Shown here piece by piece: positions 1 to 9,098 of a DNA stretch of 64,000 nucleotides. The stretch is from an uncultured Bacillales bacterium (GTDB lineage Bacteria; Bacillota_I; Bacilli_A; RF39; UBA660): NCBI GenBank assembly GCA_946614095.1, contig CAMOGG010000001.1, positions 5,968 through 69,967 on the forward strand, read 5' to 3'. The translations under genes and the position numbers were made by a program. Position 1 is the first letter of the stretch, and every line of letters starts with the position of its first letter. Below the pieces are notes generated by a model that worked only from the letters and a program-made list of their open reading frames with translations, was not told where the DNA came from and did no database searches.

Positions 1-1086
1 AACTTTTGGCCTTAGAGTTTTTATGTCATTATAGCCTTTTAGAACTTGTCTTCCACTACATATTGAACACCCAGCATGTTTTACTTTACTGCATCTAGCA
101 TTGGGACTAGCTAAATAACTATGACCTTTTTCACATTTCCAATAATATCTCTTGTTTGTAAAAGGTAATACTTTATCAGGTGTTATCTTGTTTTTATCAT
201 AATCCCAATCCTTAGCTATTTCCGGATATTTAGTTAATAAATCATTGTATCCTGATAGTGCTTTTTGATTTGAACAATAAGAACAGCCATGGCCTTTTAT
301 ATGATTGGCTAATGTTGAACTATAGCTATGACCTTTTTCACACATCCACCATATTATTTTGGATGATCCCGGTGTTAGGCTTTCTGGTTTAATTTTATTT
401 TTACTATAATCCCAATCCTTAATCAGTTCTGGATATTTATTTAAGACACTATTTTCTTTTCTTTGCTTAATGTATTGTGAATAAATATCTTGTCTATCTC
501 TTTTTATATCAATATCTAATTCTAAATTTAGATTCCAATTTTCATTAATAAATCTAATAATTTTTGATATTACTTGTTCAAATTCTTTATCCCATTGTTG
601 TGTGGTAATTTCTATTGTTAAATCTGCATAACTTATTATTTTGTTCTTTTTTATATTTTCTTTTACTCTTATTAGCTTTATACCTAATTCTTTTAAACTA
701 TTGTATTTTTTCTTTTCCCTTTTTAATGCTTTCTCTCCAAAATGATATAGTTCTCCATCATATTCTATTCCTAAATTTAGTTCTGGAAGAAATACATCTA
801 CTTCTGAGCCTATTTCATTCCATCTATTATTTGCTTTTAGAACCTTTGATAAATAATAATAGATTGCCTGTTCTCCAAATGATGTTTTATTTTCTTTTGC
901 ACATTCTGGACATGCAGTACCTCTGACCCTATGGCATACAGCTGCTTGGTATTTGTTTCCACATACTGGACAAATCCACCAATATTTTTTTGCCGATCCA
1001 TATGATACTTCAGATGGGTTTTTATCATTCTTAGTATAATCCCATTCGTCTACTAATTCTGGTCTGTATTCTTGAAAGCTAACCAT
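1..1086 (-). CDS. Partial (C-terminus off the window edge) protein with three tandem zinc-ribbon repeats (DUF4379-like, W-x-W-x-C..GH..C..C) and a central DUF559/Vsr-like segment
   Basis: Minus-strand ATG at 1084-1086 opens a frame that runs past position 1, so it is absent from the ORF track. Three repeats of the WW(I/M)C..GH....C..C type (for example WWICPVCGNKYQAAVCHRVRGTACPECAK) flank IEYDGELYHFGEKALKRERKKYNSLKELGIKLIRV. Confidence 0.5.
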   Translation of the reverse strand, partial: MVSFQEYRPELVDEWDYTKNDKNPSEVSYGSAKKYWWICPVCGNKYQAAVCHRVRGTACPECAKENKTSFGEQAIYYYLSKVLKANNRWNEIGSEVDVFLPELNLGIEYDGELYHFGEKALKREKKKYNSLKELGIKLIRVKENIKKNKIISYADLTIEITTQQWDKEFEQVISKIIRFINENWNLNLELDIDIKRDRQDIYSQYIKQRKENSVLNKYPELIKDWDYSKNKIKPESLTPGSSKIIWWMCEKGHSYSSTLANHIKGHGCSYCSNQKALSGYNDLLTKYPEIAKDWDYDKNKITPDKVLPFTNKRYYWKCEKGHSYLASPNARCSKVKHAGCSICSGRQVLKGYNDIKTLRPKV

Positions 1087-1144
1087 ACTGCATCTCCTTT
1101 GGTTGTTATTATATCATACTTCACAAATTCCTTATATATCAACA

Positions 1145-1172
1145 AAAAAAGACTGTTTTCAGTCTTTTTCAT
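1145..1172 (-). terminator. Rho-independent hairpin (aaagactg-tttt-cagtcttt) with flanking A/T runs, bidirectional
   Basis: Perfect inverted repeat followed by a T-run on the minus strand. Confidence 0.5.
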
Positions 1173-1236
1173 GGTCTCTAATTCCTATTTTTTACCGTTT
1201 TTTACTATTTTAATTCTTGCAAACCGTTGATATTGC

Positions 1237-1317
1237 TTACTTTCCGTGACATTGTTTGTACTTTTTACCCGAACCACATGGATGCGATGTTTCGTAATTC
1301 CAAAAATTTAATACTCT
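1237..1317 (-). pseudogene. Remnant of a SEC-C metal-binding motif ORF (…ETSHPCGSGKKYKQCHGK*) with no start codon
   Basis: Minus-strand translation gives a stop-bounded 26-codon frame ending in the SEC-C motif CxxGSGKKYKQCHGK. It has no ATG/GTG/TTG start and lies upstream of the terminator at 1145-1172. Confidence 0.3.
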
Positions 1318-1409
1318 TTAAATTCCTTTAAAACACGCTATTCTGCGTTAATTCACATTAAATCATATTAAGCAAAACTCTACTAAAATGTAGATAAAAG
1401 TGTAGATAA

Positions 1410-1652
1410 TTACCAAGTATTTCCACAATTTTGACAAACATGCATTGATTTTTGAATATTTTTTATTTTTTTACGTTTGCCAATAAATATTGCTGCCAAT
1501 AATGCTGGAATTGTTAAAAATAACCATTTAACAAAAATCCACCACCAACCAATACATAACCACCATATAACACCATGATGTTTGGTTACAAGTTTTTGTT
1601 CATTAACAACTTGTATATTAGTGTTATCACTTCCACATTTAGGACATTTCAT
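1410..1652 (-). CDS. Small membrane protein with N- and C-terminal CxxC zinc-ribbon motifs
   Basis: ORF MKCPKCGS…CQNCGNTW with a Trp-rich transmembrane segment. Upstream on the minus strand are tatgatataat (extended -10 like) and a gaggtga RBS. Confidence 0.5.
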   Translation of the reverse strand: MKCPKCGSDNTNIQVVNEQKLVTKHHGVIWWLCIGWWWIFVKWLFLTIPALLAAIFIGKRKKIKNIQKSMHVCQNCGNTW

Positions 1653-1717
1653 TTTATCACCTCAGTTATATTATATCATATTTTTTACCACTGCCACATG
1701 GCCCTTTGTATTCAGGA

Positions 1718-1800
1718 TTTTGGGAGCTTTTGGGAGCACTTGGCTCTTTAATTCGGCACTTGGTTGCACTTGGGAGCACTCCGTAGCACTCGGCAAACCT
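1718..1800. repeat. About eight degenerate 10-bp tandem repeats (tgggagcact-type), locally GC-rich
   Basis: Decamers align in register: tgggagcttt/tgggagcact/tggctcttta/attcggcact/tggttgcact/tgggagcact/ccgtagcact/cggcaaacct. The period of 10 is not a multiple of 3, so this is a DNA-level feature. Confidence 0.6.
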
Positions 1801-1807
1801 AGCAGAA

Positions 1808-1843
1808 CTTATCTAAAAACTTATCTAAAAACTTATCTAAAAA
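1808..1843. repeat. Three perfect tandem copies of the 12-mer CTTATCTAAAAA
   Basis: Direct reading. The same CTTATCTAA / TTAGATAAG motif recurs at 3175-3194 and 3272-3292. Confidence 0.7.
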
Positions 1844-1886
1844 AATAACGAATTTTAATAAATTACAATTTTAGAATAATAATAAA

Positions 1887-2273
1887 TTACCAACCTAACA
1901 CATCCAAATAATGTGTAAGTGGTTTTCCATCAATTTGTTCGTTTTGTCTACTTTCCCAATCTGCATTAACTGTATCAATAAAGTCTTTTTCTCCCCATTG
2001 TTTATAGAAGGATTCACATGTTTCTCTTCCATCATTGAACACATTATCACTCTTTTTACCAACTCCTGTAGTATAAATATCAGCTGCCTCCATTACAGTA
2101 CACTTTCTTAATGCATCCATGTAGTTACTTTTAGACTTATTATTGTTTTTTTCTGTTTGTTCTGTAGTTGTTTTACTAGCATCATTATTAGTTGTTTCAG
2201 TATCACAACCTGTTATTAAAAATACTGATAATACTACTATAGCTAATAAACATACCTTCTTCATCATTATCAT
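1887..2273 (-). CDS. Lipoprotein (signal peptide plus LITGC lipobox), function unknown
   Basis: N-terminus MKKVCLLAIVVLSVFLITGC. No recognisable catalytic motif. Confidence 0.55.
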   Translation of the reverse strand: MIMMKKVCLLAIVVLSVFLITGCDTETTNNDASKTTTEQTEKNNNKSKSNYMDALRKCTVMEAADIYTTGVGKKSDNVFNDGRETCESFYKQWGEKDFIDTVNADWESRQNEQIDGKPLTHYLDVLGW

Positions 2274-2301
2274 CTCCTTATATTTATTATACTATATTAT
2301 T

Positions 2302-3084
2302 TTAAATTAGTTTTAACAATTCTTCTATTAACTTATCAAATTCTTGTTTTGAATCTTCTAATTTCAAATAATTACATATTGAACCAACAACATACTGCAT
2401 ACACAAATACATTTTCAAAATTTCATTTTTAAAATTTCCATGATCTATGTTTTGATTTATTAAAATATCTATGCCATCTTCAATTACTCTATTTCCTACA
2501 ACACCAATGGAATTATGAACATACTCACTTAACAAACTATAATGAATATATGCTTCCTTTATCCCCAAATCGCTAATTGTTTCAATCAATTTTGAAATTT
2601 TTATAGGTCTACCTCTTTCATCTTTCTTTTGTTCTTTTTCCATTTTTCTTTTGTATTTGTATAATTTTTCTTTAGAAATATAGTCATACATTTCATTTTT
2701 ATCAATAAAATTAAATAATGAAATCTTTCTTTTTATACTTTCTTGTGTAATAACTTCAATACTATTATTATTTATAGCATATAGACATTTAATAACTTTA
2801 TCATACATTGACCTCAATATAACTTGTGAATCATCATATAATCCTCTTTCTAATAAAATTATATAGGATTGTGAACTCATGTGAATCTGTGAAAAAGTAG
2901 TTCTAACATACACATCCACATCCGTTGGTTTGGTTTTCTCATAATTTTCTTCAATAATATAAAACAATTTATTCATTTTTTCTATGATCTTATATAAATC
3001 ATCATATTCTTTTCGCATTCTTGTTACTTCAAGTTTCAAATCATCATCTAAAAATCCATTAAGCAGTCTCTTCTTTTTATACAT
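2302..3084 (-). CDS. Hypothetical cytoplasmic protein (260 aa), no recognised domain
   Basis: Intact ORF with coding-like composition. It forms a two-gene block with the lipoprotein gene, flanked by the CTTATCTAA repeats. Confidence 0.45.
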   Translation of the reverse strand: MYKKKRLLNGFLDDDLKLEVTRMRKEYDDLYKIIEKMNKLFYIIEENYEKTKPTDVDVYVRTTFSQIHMSSQSYIILLERGLYDDSQVILRSMYDKVIKCLYAINNNSIEVITQESIKRKISLFNFIDKNEMYDYISKEKLYKYKRKMEKEQKKDERGRPIKISKLIETISDLGIKEAYIHYSLLSEYVHNSIGVVGNRVIEDGIDILINQNIDHGNFKNEILKMYLCMQYVVGSICNYLKLEDSKQEFDKLIEELLKLI

Positions 3085-3174
3085 ACAAAATCACCGTTTT
3101 TCTTCTATATAAATTATACCATATATCTACTCTAATATTTTTGATATTACAACTTTTGAATAATAAATTAAAAT

Positions 3175-3194
3175 TTAGATAATTCTTAGATAAG
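3175..3194. repeat. Two copies of TTAGATAAG, inverted relative to the 1808-1843 motif, at 10-bp spacing
   Basis: tttagataattcttagataag. Confidence 0.55.
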
Positions 3195-3271
3195 TTTTGT
3201 ATTCAATTTTAAAGCATTGTCCCAATATGTGTTCTGCCCTTATTTTATAAGGGCTTGCGAAGATTTTATAG

Positions 3272-3292
3272 CTTATCTAAAACTTATCTAAG
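3272..3292. repeat. Two tandem copies of CTTATCTAA(A/G)
   Basis: cttatctaaaacttatctaag. Confidence 0.55.
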
Positions 3293-3333
3293 ACAAAAGA
3301 CATACCTATAATTACCTAAATATTGTAATCATA

Positions 3334-3372
3334 GAAAAACCTGCAATCCCTTTATTTATACGGGTTTGCAGG
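3334..3372 (-). terminator. secA rho-independent terminator
   Basis: Stem cctgcaa…ttgcagg followed by a T-run on the minus strand, immediately 3' of secA. Confidence 0.6.
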
Positions 3373-3373
3373 C

Positions 3374-5866
3374 TTACTTTCCGTGGCATTGCTTATATTT
3401 TTTACCAGAGCCGCACGGACATGGGTCGTTTCTACCTACCTTTTTGACTCTTTTTGGTTTTTTCTTTACTGCTGTGTCATCTGAATCATTGGTAATCATT
3501 TTCTTAGTTTGTTCTTTTCTTTCGATGTTTTGTCTAATTTCTGCCTTTAATAAGAAAATTGAAACATCTTTATCTATCTTTTGTAGCATAGAATCAAACA
3601 TATCAAATCCTTCCATGGTATAAGCTCTTAATGGATCTTCTTGAGCATATCCACGTAAGTGAATTCCTTCTCTTAAATGAGACATTGTATTAATATGTTC
3701 CATCCAGTAGTTATCTAATACTTGAAGAGTAATTACTTTTTCAAACTCTTGAGTTACTTCTTCTGGAATATCTTCTATTTTCTTTTCATATTCTTCAATA
3801 ATTGCTTTTGATAAGAAATCAATTAGATCTGCAGGCTCTTTATCTTCAATATCTTTTAGTTTTATATCTTTCTTTAATAAATTTTCATTAACAGATTCTC
3901 TGATTTCTTTGTAGTCATCTTCTGTTAAATATCCTTCTGGGGCAAGATGAGAATTTACTAAATCTTCTATATGATGTCTAAATGTTGATAAGACCATTTC
4001 GTGAATAGATTCATTATCTAGTATTTTATTTCTTTTATCATAAATAATTTCTCTTTGATTATTCATAACATCATCATATTGAAGTAAGTTTTTACGAATA
4101 TCAAAGTTATTACCTTCTACTCTTTTTTGGGCTGTACCAATTGATTTGGTAAATGTCTTACTTCTAATAGCTTGATCTCCTAGTCCCATATTTTCCATCA
4201 TAGCACCAATTCTGTCTGAACCAAATCTTACCATTAAATCATCTTTCATAGATACGAAGAATTGAGTATACCCTGGATCTCCTTGACGTCCAGAACGGCC
4301 ACGTAACTGATTATCAATACGACGGGATTCATGACGTTCTGTACCTACTACACATAGACCACCTAATTCTCTAATTTCATCTGAAAGCTTAATATCGGTA
4401 CCACGTCCAGCCATGTTGGTTGCAATTGTTACAGATTTATTTAATCCAATTTTTGATATAATTTCAGCTTCACGTTCATGATTCTTTGCATTTAATACTT
4501 CATGTGGGATATGAGCTTGTTTTAATAAATTACTAATAAGTTCACTTGTTTCAATTGCAATTGTACCAATTAAAACTGGTTGTCCTTCTTCATAGCGTTC
4601 TTTTACAAACTCAATAATTGCCTTATATTTTGCTTCTTTTGTCGCATAAACCAAATCTGGAGCATCAATTCTTATAACTTCTTTGTTTGTTGGAATTTCA
4701 ATAACATACATGTTATAAATATTTCTAAATTCTTCTTCTTCTGTTTTAGCTGTTCCTGTCATTCCTGATAATTTCTTATACATACGGAAAAGATTTTGGA
4801 AAGTAATTGTTGCGAGTGTTTTGGTTTCTTCATTTATCTGAACTCCCTCTTTAGCTTCAATAGCTTGATGAAGTCCATCTGAATAGGCACGTCCTTTCAT
4901 TAAACGTCCGGTAAATTGGTCTACAATTACAATTTCTCCATCTTGAACAACATAATCAACGTCATTCTTCATAGAATAGTTTGCACGTAGTGCTTGATTA
5001 ATAAAATGAAGTAATGTTGCATTATCTACATCATATAAATTATTGATATGGAAAGTAGCTTCTGCTTTGTCAGCACCATCTTCTGTTAGATTAACACTTT
5101 TTGTTTTTTCGTCATAAATAAAGTCTTTTCCTTCTTTTAAACTTTTTGCATACTTATCTGCTTGAATATATAAGTTAGCATTTGACATTTCTCCACCGGA
5201 AATAATTAATGGAGTCCTTGCTTCATCAATTAATACAGAGTCAACTTCATCGATAATAGCAAAATTTAGCTTTCTTTGTACTCTATCTTCTTTACGAACA
5301 ACCATGTTATCTCTTAGATAGTCAAATCCAATTTCATTATTTGTTGAATATAAAATATCACAGTTATATGCTTCTTGCTTTTCTTCAGAAGACATATCTC
5401 TTGTATTAACTCCTACAGTTAATCCTAAAAATTTATGAATTCCACCCATCCATTCGGCATCACGACCAGCTAGGTATTCATTAACTGTAATAATATGTAC
5501 ACCTTCTCCAGATAAAGCATTTAAATATGCTGGTAATACAGAAGTTAATGTTTTTCCTTCACCAGTTTTCATTTCTGCAATATTTCCATAATGAATTGCC
5601 AAACCACCTAGTATTTGAACATAGAAATGCTTTTCTCCAATCACACGGTAGGAAGCTTCTCTAGCAGTTGCAAAGGCTTCTACTAGAATATCTTCTAATG
5701 TTTCTCCGTTTCTTAATCTCTCTTTAAATTCTTCTGTTTTATTTTGTAATTCCGTATCCGTTAATTTAGAATACTCTTCATCTAAATCCATGACTTGATT
5801 TGCAATATTATGAAATCTTCTTAATTCTTTATATTCATGATCAAATATTCTTTTTAATATATTCAT
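3374..5866 (-). CDS. secA: Preprotein translocase ATPase SecA, with C-terminal SEC-C zinc motif
   Basis: 830 aa. DEAD-like motor motifs, and the C-terminus ends in DPCPCGSGKKYKQCHGK. Confidence 0.95.
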   Translation of the reverse strand: MNILKRIFDHEYKELRRFHNIANQVMDLDEEYSKLTDTELQNKTEEFKERLRNGETLEDILVEAFATAREASYRVIGEKHFYVQILGGLAIHYGNIAEMKTGEGKTLTSVLPAYLNALSGEGVHIITVNEYLAGRDAEWMGGIHKFLGLTVGVNTRDMSSEEKQEAYNCDILYSTNNEIGFDYLRDNMVVRKEDRVQRKLNFAIIDEVDSVLIDEARTPLIISGGEMSNANLYIQADKYAKSLKEGKDFIYDEKTKSVNLTEDGADKAEATFHINNLYDVDNATLLHFINQALRANYSMKNDVDYVVQDGEIVIVDQFTGRLMKGRAYSDGLHQAIEAKEGVQINEETKTLATITFQNLFRMYKKLSGMTGTAKTEEEEFRNIYNMYVIEIPTNKEVIRIDAPDLVYATKEAKYKAIIEFVKERYEEGQPVLIGTIAIETSELISNLLKQAHIPHEVLNAKNHEREAEIISKIGLNKSVTIATNMAGRGTDIKLSDEIRELGGLCVVGTERHESRRIDNQLRGRSGRQGDPGYTQFFVSMKDDLMVRFGSDRIGAMMENMGLGDQAIRSKTFTKSIGTAQKRVEGNNFDIRKNLLQYDDVMNNQREIIYDKRNKILDNESIHEMVLSTFRHHIEDLVNSHLAPEGYLTEDDYKEIRESVNENLLKKDIKLKDIEDKEPADLIDFLSKAIIEEYEKKIEDIPEEVTQEFEKVITLQVLDNYWMEHINTMSHLREGIHLRGYAQEDPLRAYTMEGFDMFDSMLQKIDKDVSIFLLKAEIRQNIERKEQTKKMITNDSDDTAVKKKPKRVKKVGRNDPCPCGSGKKYKQCHGK

Positions 5867-5896
5867 CTTCCTGTCTCCTTCAACTTATTATTGTAT

Positions 5897-5926
5897 CAAA
5901 AAAAGAAAAGAATGAAAAGTCATTCT
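5897..5926 (-). terminator. hpf rho-independent terminator
   Basis: Hairpin agaatgaaaagtcattct with a T-run on the minus strand. Confidence 0.55.
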
Positions 5927-5941
5927 ATTTCTTTTTATGGT

Positions 5942-6469
5942 CTATTCTGATTCCATCACACCGTAGTTACCATCTTTTCTTTTGTATACTACAGCATATT
6001 TATCTGTTTCAGAATCTTTAAACATATAGAATTGATGTCCTAGTAATTCCATTTGAAGAATTGCTTCTTCTTCACTCATTGGCTTTACTTCTATTGTTTT
6101 TCTTTTCATTATTTTGGATTCTTCCGATTTATCTTCTTCTATCTTAGCAAAATTAAATTCATGATTAGATTTTACTTGCTTCGACATTAGTTTAGTCTTA
6201 TTCTTTCTAATTTGTCTTTCCAATTTATCAATTGTCTTATCAACTGCTGCATAAAAATCTTCTTTAGTCTCTTCTGACCTTAGAATAAATGATTTCAATG
6301 GTATGGTTATTTCAACTTTTTGTTCATGATTTCTTACTTTTACTATGACGCTTGCGCGAACATTTTCGCTATTTTCTAGATACTTATCTAATTTTTCTAG
6401 TTTTTCTTTCATATAGTCGCTCATAGATTGTGTAATTTTCATTTTATCTCCATGAATGATAACTTCCAT
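5942..6469 (-). CDS. hpf: Ribosome hibernation-promoting factor (long form)
   Basis: Aligns with B. subtilis YvyD/Hpf, including C-terminal KPM(S/D)EEEAILQM…GH.F. AAGGAGG RBS sits 7 nt upstream. Confidence 0.85.
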   Translation of the reverse strand: MEVIIHGDKMKITQSMSDYMKEKLEKLDKYLENSENVRASVIVKVRNHEQKVEITIPLKSFILRSEETKEDFYAAVDKTIDKLERQIRKNKTKLMSKQVKSNHEFNFAKIEEDKSEESKIMKRKTIEVKPMSEEEAILQMELLGHQFYMFKDSETDKYAVVYKRKDGNYGVMESE

Positions 6470-6525
6470 ACTATCGCCTCCTTATGTTTTTATTATAGCA
6501 TGTTTACTAAAAAAAAACCACTATT

Positions 6526-6744
6526 TTATATAGTAGTTTGTTCTTTTAATAATCTTACATTGATAGCTTGATAGCCTTTACTGGTTTCAATTAATTTGAA
6601 CTCTACTAGTTGTCCTTCAGCTAACGTTTTATAGCCATCTAATTCGATTGCTGAATAGTGTACAAAAATATCTTCGTTTTCTTTGAATCCGATAAAGCCA
6701 TAGCCTTTATCATTACTAAACCATTTCACGCGTCCGGTCATCAT
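6526..6744 (-). CDS. cspA: Cold-shock protein, CspA family
   Basis: GRVKWFSNDKGYGFI RNP motifs. About 70 aa. Confidence 0.9.
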   Translation of the reverse strand: MMTGRVKWFSNDKGYGFIGFKENEDIFVHYSAIELDGYKTLAEGQLVEFKLIETSKGYQAINVRLLKEQTTI

Positions 6745-6851
6745 TCTACTTCACACCTCTCCTTCTACCATCGTATCTTTATGACGGTATTTTCATTTTA
6801 ACAAATAAGCTTTTTTGAATTTCTTTTTTCCTGAAAGTGCAATTTTTTATA

Positions 6852-6885
6852 CTTTTTTGACAACTTTTTCTACTTTTTTCGACAA
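6852..6885 (+). promoter_or_regulatory. Two direct repeats (CTTTTTTGACAA / CTTTTTTCGACAA) spaced 21 bp start-to-start, upstream of agrB; candidate LytTR (AgrA-like) binding site
   Basis: Repeats at 6852-6863 and 6873-6885. A 21-bp spacing of imperfect direct repeats is the known architecture of LytTR-family sites. TATAAT-like boxes lie downstream at 6913-6919 and 6948-6953. Confidence 0.35.
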
Positions 6886-6973
6886 AATGTTACAAATTAT
6901 ATTTCTTTTTTACTAATTATAGATTTTTTTATTTTTAGACATTCTTGTTTTTATAATATCTTTAGGTGATAGA

Positions 6974-7561
6974 ATGAATCAATTATTTATCAACAAAACA
7001 ATGAATTTTATCCAGAGTAATTCACAACATTCTAAAGAAGAACTTGATAGGATTGAATATGGACTTGAGGGAGTATATTTAACCTTATCAAAAACATTTA
7101 TTATATTAATCGTAGGAATTGTTTTTCATTATCTTAATGTTGTATTACTTACTTTGTTATTTTTTAATATTTTGCGATTCTTTGCTTTCGGATTGCATGC
7201 TAAAAAAAGCCTTCATTGTTTAATCATGTCTATCTTACATTTTAATATTTTACCTTATATTTTTATGCAGTTAAATATTACAAATACATTTGTAGTTTTG
7301 ATATCTCTATTTTCGTTTTTATCATTTTTGTTATTTGCACCTAGTGATACTGTTAAAAGACCTTTAACTAATAAAAAGAAAAGAACTATTAGAAAAATAT
7401 TATCCTTGATTTCAATAATTGTTTTAATGATTATTATGCATTATTTTCCATCATTAAAAGTTCCAATATTATGTGCTTTTATTATTGAAAGCTTAATGAT
7501 TAATCCAATTAGCTATCTCTTGTTAGGATTACCATATCAAAATTATAAAAATAAGGCTTAA
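6974..7561 (+). CDS. agrB: AgrB-family autoinducing-peptide processing protease/exporter
   Basis: Polytopic membrane protein with FGLHAKKSLHCLIMS, matching the AgrB catalytic His…Cys motif (GAHAPSSFWCYVES in S. aureus) at the same 7-residue spacing. Confidence 0.8.
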   Translation: MNQLFINKTMNFIQSNSQHSKEELDRIEYGLEGVYLTLSKTFIILIVGIVFHYLNVVLLTLLFFNILRFFAFGLHAKKSLHCLIMSILHFNILPYIFMQLNITNTFVVLISLFSFLSFLLFAPSDTVKRPLTNKKKRTIRKILSLISIIVLMIIMHYFPSLKVPILCAFIIESLMINPISYLLLGLPYQNYKNKA

Positions 7562-7605
7562 AATATTTATATATTTTAGCAGATAGAATAAGAAGGAGGG
7601 ATAAG

Positions 7606-7731
7606 ATGAAAAAGACATTAGCTCGTTTGTTAGCTGCTGTTGCTGTTTTAGCTACTGGTGCTGCTAGCATGGGATGTATTTGGCTTTTGGTTGATGAGCC
7701 AAATGCTAATAATCTTAAAAACTTTGATTAA
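7606..7731 (+). CDS. agrD: AgrD-like autoinducing-peptide precursor, 41 aa (below the ORF-track cutoff)
   Basis: ATG at 7606 with AGGAGGG 6 nt upstream. Product MKKTLARLLAAVAVLATGAASMGCIWLLVDEPNANNLKNFD has an amphipathic leader, a single Cys in a hydrophobic core, then DEP plus a charged tail as in AgrD. It lies directly downstream of agrB. Confidence 0.7.
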   Translation: MKKTLARLLAAVAVLATGAASMGCIWLLVDEPNANNLKNFD

Positions 7732-7767
7732 TAAAAATACTTCTATTTATTAGAAGTATTTTTTCTT
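7732..7767. terminator. Bidirectional hairpin terminator shared by agrD and the convergent kinase gene
   Basis: aatacttcta-tttat-tagaagtatt with an A-run upstream and a T-run downstream. Confidence 0.55.
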
Positions 7768-9098
7768 ATTGAAATAGTTTCCACATAATAATTATCAATT
7801 ATTTCTTGCTTTTGTTCCAGCCAATTATTAGCTTTTAATATTCTACTTGCATAATATAGGCCATTTCCATGTCCGCTGCCTTTTGAGGATATCCCTTTTT
7901 CAAAGTGATTATCAATTAAACTAGACTTTTTAAATGTGTTTGAAATTACTATATTTACTTTATCTTTTAATTCATATATTTCAAATAATAAAGTCTTTTT
8001 TCTACTTTCTTTTGCAGCCTCTATTGCATTATCATAGTATATTCCTATTATTTTTGAGATAGTATTTATTTTTTCTTTAGATAGCTTGGAAAGAATTCCT
8101 TTTGGTTTAATGCTTATATCTACTGTTACTTTTAATTTATTCTTTTCAGCAATAATTGTTTTATAGTAAAGTAATCCTTTTAAACCTCCTTTTGGTAGAT
8201 CTTTTAAATTATTTACTACTTCATTTTTTATATTTAAGTTTTGGTTAATAATCTCTTCTATTTTATTTTTTACCTCTTTTTCTGATGACATAGCATATAA
8301 TACTGCAAGTTGATTCTTATATTCATGTCTTGTGAATTGTTCTCTTTCAATCCATTCCTCAAATGTTTGAACATTTTGTAGTAATATATCATACTGACTA
8401 GATAGTTTATTATATGTATCTCTGTTATTTGTAAAAATGATTCCAATGATTATCAATGAAACGATAATAACAATATCACTAATAAACCTTATATTAAATT
8501 TATAATTCAAAAAAAGATTATACAGAACTGCACTAGCTCCAATTATTACTAAGATAATAAATGTTGCGTTTAATTTTAAATCCTTTGACGACAATATTTT
8601 ATAACATTTTTTAAATAAAGTTCTTATAGGCTTAATAAAAATTAGTATTTTAGCTATTACTATTACTAATATATTGCTTATTAAGTAGATAAACACATTA
8701 TTTTGAATATCATTTAGTGTTGTAAAATTAATCTGAATAATTAATGATATTATATCTGAAACCAATAATAATATAGTGAGTAATCCTGTTTTTATAAATG
8801 ATTCTTCAATACTATCATTAAATACTATTTTATATGTTATAGTATTGATTATAAAATTTAATAAAGAAGAGAAAGCATTATAATTAATATAATGAATAGT
8901 TACTATTAGCAAACTATTTATTATAAAAATAATAATTGTTTTTATTGTTATTTTTGTGTTATATATTGAATAATTTCTAATTATTAAAAATCCTAAAAGA
9001 GCTAGCATAAATGCACATATAAAATTAACGAATACCTCTAACATAATTAATGATCTCCTTCTTTTTATTTCTTGATACTGCATATAAACTTGTTCCAT
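7743..9098 (-). CDS. agrC: AgrC-like (HPK10 family) membrane sensor histidine kinase
   Basis: About 230-aa polytopic N-terminus, H-box FTRHEYKNQLAVL, and C-terminal GHKL ATPase motif GHGNGL. It is paired with the LytTR regulator. Confidence 0.6.
   Translation of the reverse strand: MEQVYMQYQEIKRRRSLIMLEVFVNFICAFMLALLGFLIIRNYSIYNTKITIKTIIIFIINSLLIVTIHYINYNAFSSLLNFIINTITYKIVFNDSIEESFIKTGLLTILLLVSDIISLIIQINFTTLNDIQNNVFIYLISNILVIVIAKILIFIKPIRTLFKKCYKILSSKDLKLNATFIILVIIGASAVLYNLFLNYKFNIRFISDIVIIVSLIIIGIIFTNNRDTYNKLSSQYDILLQNVQTFEEWIEREQFTRHEYKNQLAVLYAMSSEKEVKNKIEEIINQNLNIKNEVVNNLKDLPKGGLKGLLYYKTIIAEKNKLKVTVDISIKPKGILSKLSKEKINTISKIIGIYYDNAIEAAKESRKKTLLFEIYELKDKVNIVISNTFKKSSLIDNHFEKGISSKGSGHGNGLYYASRILKANNWLEQKQEIIDNYYVETISIRKNTSNK

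Noticed and set aside
1582-1848. 88-aa plus-strand ORF across the decamer and 12-mer repeats (…YLKTYLKTYLKK)
   Set aside because: It is translated from non-coding tandem repeats. There is no RBS, and the repeat periods of 10 and 12 bp are DNA-level.
1236-3440. Possible recent duplication of the secA 3' end (SEC-C tail) at 1237-1290
   Set aside because: The nucleotide identity of about 75-80% is what synonymous-site drift under protein-level conservation would give. It is a remnant of a separate SEC-C gene, not a target-site duplication.
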